Below, one piece after another: positions 1 through 12,000 of a DNA stretch of 47,873 bases; within the stretch, counting starts at the first letter, position 1, and each line of letters starts with the position of its first letter. The translations under genes and the position numbers were made by a program. Source of the stretch: Octopus sinensis (lineage: Eukaryota); contig NW_021835742.1 of NCBI RefSeq assembly GCF_006345805.1, forward strand, positions 1 to 47,873. The letters are read 5' to 3'. The notes below the pieces were generated by a model that saw only the letters and a program-made list of their open reading frames with translations, was not told the origin of the DNA and made no database searches.

Positions 1-3000
1 TGGATTAATTTTATGAAAAAGAAACAGAAGAGAAAGAAAAAGGAGAAATGTGATCAAGGAGTAAGCACTGGAGTAAGTTTATGAAAAAGAAGAGAGGAGA
101 AGAGAAAGAAAAAGGGAAATGTGGTCAAGGAGAAAGAACGTGCTGGATTAGTTTTGGAAAATGAGAGGAGAAGAGAAAGAAAAAGGAGAAATGTGATCAA
201 GGAGAACGTACTGGAGTAGGTTTATGGAAAATGAGGAGATGAGAAAGAAAAAGGAGAAATGTGATCAAGGAGAAAGTACTGGAGTAAGTTTATGAAAAAT
301 GAGAAGAGAAAGAAAAAAAGGGAAATGTGATCAAGGAGAAAGTAATTGAATAAGTTTCTGGAAAATGAGTAGAAGAGAAAGAAAAAGGAGAAATGTGATC
401 AAGGAGAAAGTACTGGAGTAAGTTAATGGAAAATGAGAAGAAGAGAATGAAAAAGAAGAAATGTGATCAAGGAGAAAGAACAGGAGTAAGTTTATGAAAA
501 ATGAGGAGAAGAGAAAGAAAAAGGAGAAATGAGATCAAGGAGAAAGTACTGGAGTAAGTTTATGGAAAATGAGGAGAGAAAGAAAAAGGAGAAATATGAT
601 CAAGGAGAAAGTACTGGAGTAAGTTTATGGAAAATGAGAAGAAGAGAAAGAAATGTGATCAAGGAGAAAGTACTGGAGTAAGTTTATGGAAAATGAGAAG
701 AAGAGAAAGAAAAAGGAGAAATGTGATCAAGGAGAAAGGACTGGAGTAAGTTTATGGAAAAATGAGGTGAAGAGAAAGAAAAATGAGAATTGTGATCAAG
801 GAGAAAGTACTGGAGTAAGTTTATGAAAAATGAGGAGAAGAGAAAGAAAAAGGAGAAATGTGATCAAGGAGAAAGTACTGGAGTAAGTTTATGGAAAATG
901 AGGAGAAGAGAAGAGAAAGAAAAAGAGAAATGTGATCAAGGAGAAAGTACTGAAGTAAGTTTACGTAAAATGAGAGATGAGAAAGAAAAAGGAGAAATTT
1001 GATCAAGGAGAAAGTACTGGAGTAAGTTTATGGAAAATGAAAAGAAGAGAAAGAAAAAGAAGAAATGTGATCACGGAGAAAGTACTGGAGTAAGTTTATG
1101 AAAAATGAGGAGAAGAGAAAGAAAAAGAAGAAATGTGATCAAGGAGAAAGTACTGGAGTATGTTTATGTAAATGAGGAGAAGAGAAAGAAAAAGGAGAAA
1201 TGTGATCTAGGAGAAAGTACTGGATTAATTTCATGAAAAAGAAACAGAAGAGAAAGAAAAGGAGAAATGTGATCAAGGAGAAAGCACTGGAGTAAGTTTA
1301 TGAAACTGAGGAGAAGAGAAAGAAAAAGGGAAATGTGTCAAGGAGAAAGTGCTGGAAAGTTTATGGAAAATGAGGAGAAGAGAGAAAGAGAAAGAAAAAA
1401 GGAGAAATGTGATCAGGGAAAGTACTGGAGTAAGTTATGAAAAATGAGGAGAAGAAGAGAAAGAAAAAGAGAAATGTGATCAAGGAGAAAGTACTGAAGT
1501 AAGTTTATGAAAATGAGGAGAAGAGAAAGAAAAAGGAGAAATGTGATCAAGGGTAAATTACTGGAGTACGTTTATGGAAAATGAGGAGAAGAGAAAGAAA
1601 AAGGAGAAATGTGATCAAGGAGAAAGTACTGGAGTAAGTTTATGAAAAATTAGGAGAAAAGAAAGATAAAGGAGTAATGTGATCAAGGAGAAAGTACTGA
1701 GTAGTAAAGTTTATGGAAAATGAGAAGAAGAGTAAGAAAAAGGAGAATTGTGATCAAGCAGAAAGTACTGGAGTAATTTTATGAAAAATGAGGAGTGAGA
1801 AAGAAAAGGAGAAATTTGATCAGGAGAAAGTACTGGAGTAAGTTTATGAAAAATGAAAAGAAGAGAAAGGAAAGAAAAGAAGAAATGTTGATCAAGGAGA
1901 GAGAAAGTGCTGGAGTAAGTTATGAAAAATGAGGAGAAGAGAAAGAAAAAGAAGAAAAAGTGATCAAGGAGAAAGTACTGGAGTATGTTTATGGTAAATG
2001 AGGAGAGAGAAAGAAAAAAGGAGAACATAAATGTGATCAAGGAGAAAGAGAAAGTACTGGAGTAAGTATATGGAAAATGAGAAGAAGAGTAAGAAAAAGG
2101 AGAATTGTGATCAAGCAGAAAGTACTGGAGTAATTTTATGAAAAATGAGGAGATGAGAAAGAAAAAGGAGAAATTTGATCAAGGAGAAAGTACTGGAGTA
2201 AGTTTATGGAAAATGAAAAGAAGAGAAAGAAAAAGAAGAAATGTGATCAAGGAGAAAGTGCTGGAGTAAGTTTATGAAAAATGAGGAGAAGAGAAAGAAA
2301 ATGAAGAAATGTGATCAAGGGGAAAGTACTGGAGTATGTTTATGGTAAATGAGGAGAAGAGAAAGAAAAAGAGAAAGGAGAAAGGAATCTAGAGGAAAGT
2401 ACGGATAATTTATGAAAAAGAAGAGAAGAGAAAGAAAAAGAGAGAAATGTGATCAAGGAGTAAGCACTGGAGTAAGTTTATGAAAATTGAGGAGAGAGAG
2501 AAAGAAAAAGGAGAAATGTGGTCAAGGAGAAAGTACTGGATTAAGTTTTGGAAAATGAGGAGAAGAGAAAGAAAAGGAGAAATGTGATCAAGGAGAACAT
2601 ACTGGAGTAGGTTTATGGAATTAGGAGATGAGAAAGAAAATGGAGAAATGTGATCAAGGAGAAAGTACTGAGTAAGTTTAATGAAAAATAAGAAGAAGAA
2701 GAAAAAAGGGAAATTGATCATGGAGAAAGTAATGAAAAAGTTCGGAAAATGATTAGAAGAGAAAGAAAAAGGAAAATGTGATCAAGGAGAAAGTACTGAG
2801 TGGAGTAGTTTGGAAATGAGAAGAAAGAATGAAAAAAGAAAATGTGATCAAGGAAAAGAACAGAGTAAGTTTATGAAAAATGAAGGAGAGAGAAAGAAAA
2901 AGGAGAATGAGATCAAGGAGAAAGTACTGGAGTAAGTTTATGGAAAATGAGGAGAAGAGAAAGAAAAAGGAGAAATGTGATCAAGGAGAAAGTACTGGAG

Positions 3001-6000
3001 TAAGTTTATGTAAAATGAGAAGAAGAGAAAGAAAAAGAAGAAATGTGATCAAGCAGAAAGTATTGGAGTAAGTTTCTTAAAAATGAGAAGAAGTGAAAGA
3101 AAAAGAAGAAATGTGTTCAAGGGGAAAGTGCTGGAGTAAGTTTATGGAAAATGAGGAGATGAGAAAGAAAAAGGAGAAATGTGATAAAGGAGAAAGTACT
3201 TGAGTAAGTTTATGGAAGATGAGGAGAAGAGAAAGAAAAAAGAGAATGTGATCAAGGAGAAAGTACTGAGTAATTTTATGGAAAATGAGAAGAGAAAAAA
3301 AAAGGAGAAATGTGATCAAGTAGAAAGTCTGGAGTAAGTTATGGAAAATGAGAAGAAGAAAAGAAAGAGGAGAAATGTGATCAAGGAGAATCTGGAGTAA
3401 GTTTTGGAAAATGAGGAGAAGAGAAAGAAAAAGGAGAATGTGATCAAGGAGAATGTACTGGAATAAATTTATGGAAATGAGGAGAACAGAAGAAAAAGAG
3501 AAATGTGATCAAGGAGAAAGTTCTGAAGTAAGTTTACGTAAATGAGAGAAGAGAAAGAAAAAGGAGAAATTGATCAAGGATAAATTACTTGGAGTACGTT
3601 TATGGAAATGAGAAAACGAGAAAAAGGAGAAATGTGTGATCAAGTAGAAAGTACTGGAGTAAGTTTATTGAAAATTAGAGAAAAGAAAGAAAAGAAGTAA
3701 TGTGATCAAGGAGAAAGTACTGGAGTAAGTAATGGAAAATGAGGAAGAAGTAAGAAAAGGAGAATTGTGATCAAGCAGAAAGTACTGGAGTAATTTTATG
3801 AAAATGAGGAGAGAGAAAGAAAAGGAGAAATGTGATCAAGGAGAAAGTACTGGAGTAAGTTATGGAAAATGAAAGAAGAAAACAAAGAAGAAATAGATCA
3901 AGGAGAAAGTGCTGGAGTAAGTTTATGAAAAATGAGGAGAAGAGAAAGTAAAAGAAGAAATGTGATCAAGGGAAAGTTACTGGAGTAAGTTTATGGTAAA
4001 TGAGGAGAAGAGAAAGAAAAAGGAGAAATGTGATCAAGGAGAAGTACTGGAGTAAGTTATGAAAAATGAGAAGAAGAGAAAGAAAAAGGAGAAATGTGAT
4101 CAGCAGAGTACTGGAGTAATTTATGAAAAATGAGAGATGAGAAAGAAAAGGAGAAATTGATCAAGGAGAAAGTACTGGAGTAAGTTTATGGAAATGAAAA
4201 GAAGAGAAAGAAAAGAAGAAATGTGATCAAGGAGAAAGTGCTGGAGTAAGTTTTATGAAAAATGAGAGAAGAGAAAGAAAAAGAAGAAATGTGATCAAGG
4301 GAAAGTACTGGAGTATGTTTATGGTAAATGAGGAGAAGAGAAGAAAAAAGGAGAAATGTGATCAAGAGAAAGTACTGGAGTAAGTTTTAAAAAGAGGAGA
4401 AGAGAAAGAAAAAGGAGAAATGTGATCAAGTAAGCACTGGAGTAAGTTTATGAAAACTGAGGAGAAGAGAAAGAAAAAGGAGAAATGTGATCAAGGAGAA
4501 AGTGCTGGAGTAAGTTTATGGAAAATGAGGAGAAGAGAAAGAAAAGGTGAATGTGATCAAGGAGAAAGTACTGGGTAGGTTAATGGAAAAATGAGGAGAT
4601 GAGAAGAATGGAGAATGTGATCAAGGAGAAAGTACTGGAGTAAGTTTATGAAAAATAAGAAGAGAAAAAAAAAGGAAATGTGATCAAGGAGAAAGTAATA
4701 GAAAGTTTCTGAAAATGATTAGAAGAGAAAGAAAAAGGAGAAATGTGATCAAGGAGATGTACTGGAGTAAGTTAATGGAAAATGAGAAGAAGAGAATGAA
4801 AAAGAAGAAATGTGATCAAGGAGAAAGAACAGGAGTAAGTTTATGAAAAATGAGGAGAAGAGAAAGAAAAGGAGAAATGAGATCAAGGAGAAAGTACTGG
4901 AGTAAGTTTATGGAAAATGAGAGAGAAAGAAAAAGGAGAAATGTGATCAAGGAGAAAGTACTGGAGTAAGTTTATGGAAAATGAGAATAAGAGAAAGAAA
5001 AAGAGAAATGTGATCAAGGAGAAATACTGGAGTAAGTTTATGGAAATGAGGAGAAGAGAAAGAAAAAGAAGAAATGTGATCAAGGAGAAAGGACTGGAGT
5101 ATTTTATGGAAAATGAGGTGAAGAGAATAAAAATGAGAATTGTGATCAAGGAGAAAATACTGGAGTAAGTTTATGAAAAATGAGGAGAAGAGAAAGAAAA
5201 AGGAGAAATGTGATCAAGGAGAAAGTACTGGAGTAAGTTTATGAAATGAGGAGAAGAGAAAGAGAAAGAGAATGTGATCAAGGAGAAAGTACTGGAGTAA
5301 GTTTACAAAGAAAAAAGAGAAAGAAAAAGAAAAATGTGATCAAGGAGAAAGTACTGGAGTAAGTTTATGAAAAATGAGGAGAAGAGAAAGAAAAAGGAGA
5401 AATGTGATCAAGGAGAAAGTACTGGAGTAAGTTTATGTAAATGAGGAGAAAGAAAGAAAGGAGAAATGTGATCAAGGAGAAAGTACTGGAGTAAGTTTAT
5501 GAAAATGAGAATAAGAGAAAGATAAAGGAGAAATGTGATCAAGGAGAAAGAACTGGAGTAAGTTTATGAAAATGAGGAGAAGAGAAAGATAAAGGAGAAA
5601 TGTGGTCAAGGAGAAAGTACTGGATTTTTTTATGGAAAATGAGGAGAAGAGAAAGAAAAAGGAGAAATGTGATCAAGGAGAAAGTACTGGAGTAAGTTTA
5701 TGGAAAATGAGGAGAAGAGAAAGAAAAATGAGAAATGTGATCAAGGAGAAAGTACTGGAGTAAGTTTATGGAAAATGAGAAGAGAAAGAAAAAGGGGAAA
5801 TGTGATCAAGGAGAAAGTACTGGAATAAGTTTATGGAAAATGAGTAGAAGAGAAAGAAAAAGGAGAAATGTGATCAAGGAGAAAGTACTGGAGTAAGTTT
5901 ATGGAAAATGAGAAGAAGAGAAAGAAAAAGAAAATGTGATCAAGGAGAAAGTAACAGAGTAAGTTTATGAAAATGAGGAGAAGAGAAAGAAAAGGAGAAT

Positions 6001-9000
6001 GTGATCAAGGAGAAGTACTGGAGTAAGTTTATGGACAATGAGGAGAGAAGAAAAGGAGAAATGTGATCAAGGAGAAGTACTGGAGTAAGTTTATGGAAAA
6101 TGAGAGAAGAGAAAGAAAAAGAAGAATGTGATCAAGGAGAAATACTGGAGTAAGTTTATGGAAAATGAGAATAAGAGAAATAAAAGAAGAAATGTGATCA
6201 AGGAGAAAGAACTGGAGTAAGTTTATGAAAAATGAGGAGAAGAGAAAGAAAAAGGAGAAATGTGATCAAGGAGAAAGTACTGGAATAAATTTATGGAAAA
6301 TGAGGAGAAGAGAAAGAAAAAGAGAAATGTGATCAAGGAGAAAGTACTGAAGTAAGTTTACGTAAAATGAGGAGAAAATAAAGGAGAAATGTGATCAAGA
6401 GAAAGACTGGAGTACGTTTATGGAAAATGAGGAGAAACGAAAGAAAAAGGAGAAATGTGATCAAGGAGAAAGTACTGGAGTAAGTTTATGAAAAATTAGG
6501 AGAAAAGAAGAAAAAGGAGAATGTGATCAAGGAGAAAGTACTGGAGTAAGTTTATGAAAAATGAGGAGAAGAGAAAAAAAGGAGAAATGTGATCAAGGAG
6601 AAAGTACTTGGAGAAAGAATTGGAAAATGAGAAGAGAGTAAGAAAAGAAGAAATGTGATCAAGCAGAAAGTACTGGAGTAATTTTATGAAAATGAGGAGA
6701 TGAGAAAGAAAAAGGAGAATTTAATCAAGGAGAAAGTACTGGAGTAAGTTTATTGAAAATGAAAAGAAGAGAAAGAAAAGAAGAATGTGATCAAGGAGAA
6801 AGTACTGGAGTAAGTTTATGAAAATGAGAGAAGAGAAAGAAAAGAAGAAATGTGATCAAGGAGAAAGTACTGGAGTAAGTTTATGTAAATGAGAGAAGAG
6901 AAAGAAAAAGGAGAAATGTGATCAAGGAGAAAGTACTGGAGTAAGTATATGGAAAATGAGAAGAAGAGTAAGAAAAAGGAGAATTGTGATCAAGCAGAAA
7001 GTACTGGAGTAATTTTATGAAAAATGAGGAGATGAGAAAGAAAAAGGAGAAATTTGATCAAGGAGAAAGTACTGGAGTAAGTTTATGGAAAATGAAAAGA
7101 AGAGAAAGAAAAAGAAGAAATGTGATCAAGGAGAAAGTGCTGGAGTAAGTTTATGAAAAATGAGGAGAAGAAAAGAAAAAGAGGAATGTGATCAAGGGAA
7201 AGTACTGGAGTATGTTTATGGTAAATGAGGAGAAGAGAAGAAAAAGGAGAAATGTGATCTAGGAGAAAGTACTGGATTAATTTATGAAAAAACCAGAAGA
7301 GAAAGAAAAAGGAGAAATGTGATCAAGGAGTACACTGGAGTAAGTTTATGAAAACTGAGGAGAAGAGAAAGAAAAAGGAGAAATGTGGTCAAGGAGAAAG
7401 TGCTGGATTTAGTTTTTGGAAAATGAGGAGAAGAGAAAGAAAAAGGAGAAATGTGATCAAGGAGAACGTACTGGAGTAGGTTTATGGAAAATGAGGAGAT
7501 GAGAAAGGAAAAGGAGAAATGTGATCAAGGAGAAAGTACTGGAGTAAGTTTATGAAAAATGAGGAGAAGAGAAAGAAAAAAGGGAAATGTGATCAAGGAG
7601 AAAGTAATTGAATAAGTTTCTGGAAAATGAGTAGAAGAGAAAGAAAAAGGAGAAATGTGATCAAGGAGAAAGCACTGGAGAAAGTTAATGGAAAATGAGA
7701 AGAAGAGAATGAAAAAGAAGAAATGTGATCAAGGAGAAAGAACAGGAGTAAGTTTATGAAAAATGAGGAGAAGAGAAAGAAAAAGGAGAAATGAGATCAA
7801 GGAGAAAGTACTGGAGTAAGTTTATGGAAAATGAGAAGAGAAAGAAAAAGGAGAAATATGATCAAGGAGAAAGTACTGGAGTAAGTTAATGGAAAATGAG
7901 AAGAAGAGAAAGAAAAAGAAGAAATGTGATCAAGGAGAAATTACTGTAGTAAGTTTATGGAAAATGAGGAGAAGAGAAAGAAAAAGAAGAAATGTGATCA
8001 AGGAGAAAGGACTGGAGTAAGTTTATGGAAAATGAGGTGAAGAGAAATAAAAATGAGAATTGTGATCAAGGAGAAAGTACTGGAGTAAGTTTATGGAAAA
8101 TGAGGAGATGAGAAAGAAAAAGGAGAAATGTGATCAAGGATAAAATACTGGAGTAAGTTTATGTAAAATGAGGAGAAGAGAAAGAAAAAGGAGAAATGTG
8201 ATCAAGGAGAAAGTATTGGAGTAAGGTTATGGAAAATGAGGAGAAGAGAAATATAAAGGAGAGATTTGATCAAGGAGAAAGTGCGGAGTAAGTTTATGGA
8301 AAATGAGGAGATGAGAAAGAAAAAGGAGAAATGTGATCAAGGATAAAGTACTGGAGTAAGTTTATGTAAAATGAGAAGAAGAGAAAGAAAAAGAAGAAAT
8401 GTGATCAAGCAGAAAGTATTGGAGTAAGTTTATTAAAAATGAGAAGAAGAGAAAGAAAAAGAAGAAATGTGATCAAGGGGAAAGTGCTGGAGTAAGTTTA
8501 TGGAAAATGAGGAGATGAGAAAGAAAAAGAGAAATGTGATCAAGGGGAAAGTACTGGAGTAAGTTTATGGAAAATGAGGAGATGAGAAAGAAAAAGGAGA
8601 AATGTGATCAAGGAGAAAGTACTTGAGTAAGTTTATGGAAAATGAGGAGATGAGAAAGAAAAAGGAGAAATGTGATCAAGGAGAAAGTACTGGAGTAATT
8701 TATTAAAATAAGGAGAAGAAAGAAAAAGGAGAAATGTGATCAAGGAGAAGTACTGGATTAAGTTTATGGAAAATAAGAAGAAGAGAAAGAAAAAGGAGAA
8801 ATGTGATCAGGAGAAATTACTGGAGTAAATTTATGAAAAATGAGAGAAGAGAAAGGAAAAGGAGAAATGTTATCACAGAAAGTATTGGAGTAAGTTTATG
8901 AAAATGAGAAGAAGAGAAAGAAAAGAAGAAATTTGATCAAGCAGAAAGTATTGGAGTAAGTTTATGAAAATGAGAAGAATAGAAAGATAGAAGAAATGTG

Positions 9001-12000
9001 ATCAAGGAGAAAGTACTGGAGTAAGTTTATGGAAAATGCGAAGAAGAGAAGAAAATGACAAATGTGATCAAGAAGAAATACTGGAGTAAGTTTATGAAAA
9101 TGAGGAGAAGAGAAAGAAAAAGAGAAATGTGATCAAGGAGAAAGGACTGGTTTAAGTTTATGAAAAATGAGGTGAAGAGAAATAAAAATGAGAATGTGAT
9201 CAAGGAGAAAGTACTGAGATAAGTTTATGGAATTAGAGAAGAGAAAAAAATGAAGAAATGTGATCAAGGAGAAAGGACTGGATTAAGTTTATGGAAAATG
9301 AGGTGAAGAGAAATAAAAATGAGAATTGTGATCAAGGAGAATGTACTGGAGTAAGTTTATGAAAATGAGGAGAGAAAAGTAAAAGGAGAAATGTGATCAA
9401 GGAAAAGTACTGTAGTAAGTTTATGAAAATGAGGAGAAAGAAAGAAAAAGAAGAAATGTGATCAAGGAGAAAGTACTGGAGTAAGTTTATGAAAAATGAG
9501 GAGAAGAAAAGAAAAAGAAGAAATGTGATCAAGGAGAAATACTGGAGTAATTTATGAAAATGAGGAGAAGAAAGAAAAAGAGAATGTGATCAAGCGAAAG
9601 TACTGGAGTAAGTTTATGAAAAATGAGAGAAGAGAAGAAAAAGAAGAAATGTGATCAAGGAGAAAGTACTGGAGTAAGTTTATGGAAAATGAGGAGAAGA
9701 GAAAGAAAAATGAGAAATGTGATCAAGGAAAAGTACTGTAGTAAGTTTATGAAAAATTAGGAGAAAAGAAAGAAAAAGAAGAAATGTGATCAGGAGTAAG
9801 TACTGGAGTAAGTTTATGGGAAAGAGGAGAAGAGAAAGAAAAAGGAAGATGTGATCAAGGAGAAATTGCTGGAGTAATTTATGAAAAATTAGGAAGAAAG
9901 AAAGAAAAGGAGAAATGTGATCAAGGAGAAATGCTGGAGTAAGTTTATGGAAAATGAGGAGAAGAAAGAAAGAGGTGAAATGTGATCAAGGAGAAAGTAC
10001 TGGAGTAACTTCATGAAAAATGAGAAGAAGAGAAAGAAAAAGGCGAAATGTGATCAAGGCGAAAGTACTGGAGTAAGTTTATGAAAAATGAGGAGAAGAG
10101 AAAGAAAAAGCGAAATGTGATCAAGGATAAAGTACTGAGTAAGTTTATGTAAAATGAGGAGAGAGAAAGAAAAAGAGAAATGTGATCAAGGAGAAAGTAC
10201 TGGAGTAATTTATTAAAAATGAGAAGAAGAGAAAGAAAAAGGAGAAATGTGATCAAGGAGAAAGTACTGGAGTAAGTTTATGGAAAATGAGGAGATGAGA
10301 AAGAAAAAGGAGAAATGTGATCAAGGAGAAAGTACTGGAGTAAGTTTATGGAAAATGAGGAGATGAGAAAGAAAAAGGAGAAATGTGATCAAGGAGAAAG
10401 TACTGGAGTAAGTTTATGGAAAATGAGGAGAAGAGAAAGAAAAAGGAGAAATGTGATCAAGGAGAAAGTACTGGAGTAAGTTTATGAAAAATGAGGAGAA
10501 GAGAAAGAAAAAGGAGAAATGTGATCAAGGAGAAAGTACTGGAGTAAGTTTATGGAAAATGAGAAGAAGAGAAAGAAAAAGGAGAAATGTGATCAAGGAG
10601 AATTACTGGAGTAAGTTTATGAAAAATGAGGAGAAGAGAAAGGAAAGGAAATGTGATCAAGCAGAAAGTATTGGAGTAAGTTTATGAAAAATGAGAAGAA
10701 GAGAAAGAAAAAGAAGAATTGATCAAGCAGAAAGTATTGGAGTAAGTTTATGAAAAATGAAGAAGAGAAAGATAAAGAAGAAATGTGATCAAGGAGAAAG
10801 TACTGGAGTAAGTTTATGAAAAATGAGAAGAAGAGAAAGAAAATGACAAATGTGATCAAGAAGAAATCACTGGAGTAAATTTATGAAAAATGAGGAGAAG
10901 AGAAAGAAAAAGGAGAAATGTGATCAAGGAGAAAGGACTGGTTTAGGTTTATGGAAAATGAGGTGAAGAGAAATAAAAATGAGAATTGTGATCAAGGAGA
11001 AAGTACTGGAGTAAGTTTATGGAATATGAGGAGAAGAGAAAAAAATGAAGAAATGTGATCAAGGAGAAAGGACTGGATTAAGTTTATGGAAAATGAGGTG
11101 AAGAGAAATAAAAATGAGAATTGTGATCAAGAAGAATGTACTGGAGTAAGTTTATGAAAAATGAGGAGATGAGAAAGTAAAAGGAGAAATGTGATCAAGG
11201 AGAAAGTACTGGAGTAAGTTTATGAAAAATGAGGAGAAGAGAAAGAAAAAGAAGAAATGTGATCAAGGAGAAAGTACTGGAGTAAGTTATGAAAAATGAG
11301 GAGAAGAGAAAGAAAAAGAAGAAATGTGATCAAGGAGAAATTACTGGAGTAAGTTTATGAAAAATGAGGAGAAGAGAAAGAAAAAGAAGAAATGTGATCA
11401 AGCGAAAGTACTGGAGTTAGTTTATGTAAAATGAGGAGAAGAGAATGAAAAAGGAGAAATGTGATCAAGGAGAAAGTACTGTATTAAGTTTATGGAAAAT
11501 GAGGAGAAGAGAAAGAAAACGGAGAAATGTGATCAAGGAGAAAGTATTGGAGTAAGGTTATGGAAAATGAGGAGAAGAGAAATATAAAGGAGAGATGTGA
11601 TCAAGGAGAAAGTGCTGGAGTAATGTTATGAAAAATTAGGAGAAGAGAAAGAAAAAGGAGAAATGTGATCAAGGAGTAAGTACTGGAGTAAGTTTATGGA
11701 AAATGAGGAGAAGAGAAAGAAAAAGGAGAAATGTGATCAAGGAGAAAGTGCTGGAGTAAGTTTATGGAAAATGAGAAGAAGAGAAAGAAAAAGGAGAAAT
11801 GTGATCAAGGAGAAAGTACTGGAGTAAGTTTATGAAAAATGAGGAGAAGAGAAAGAAAAAGGAGAAATGTGATCAAGGAGAAAGTACTGGAGTAAGTTTA
11901 TGGAAAATGAGGAGAAGAGAATGAAAAAGAGGAAATGTGATCAGGAGAAAGTACAGAGTAAGTTTATGGAAAATGAGAAGAAGAGAAAGATAAAGGAGAA

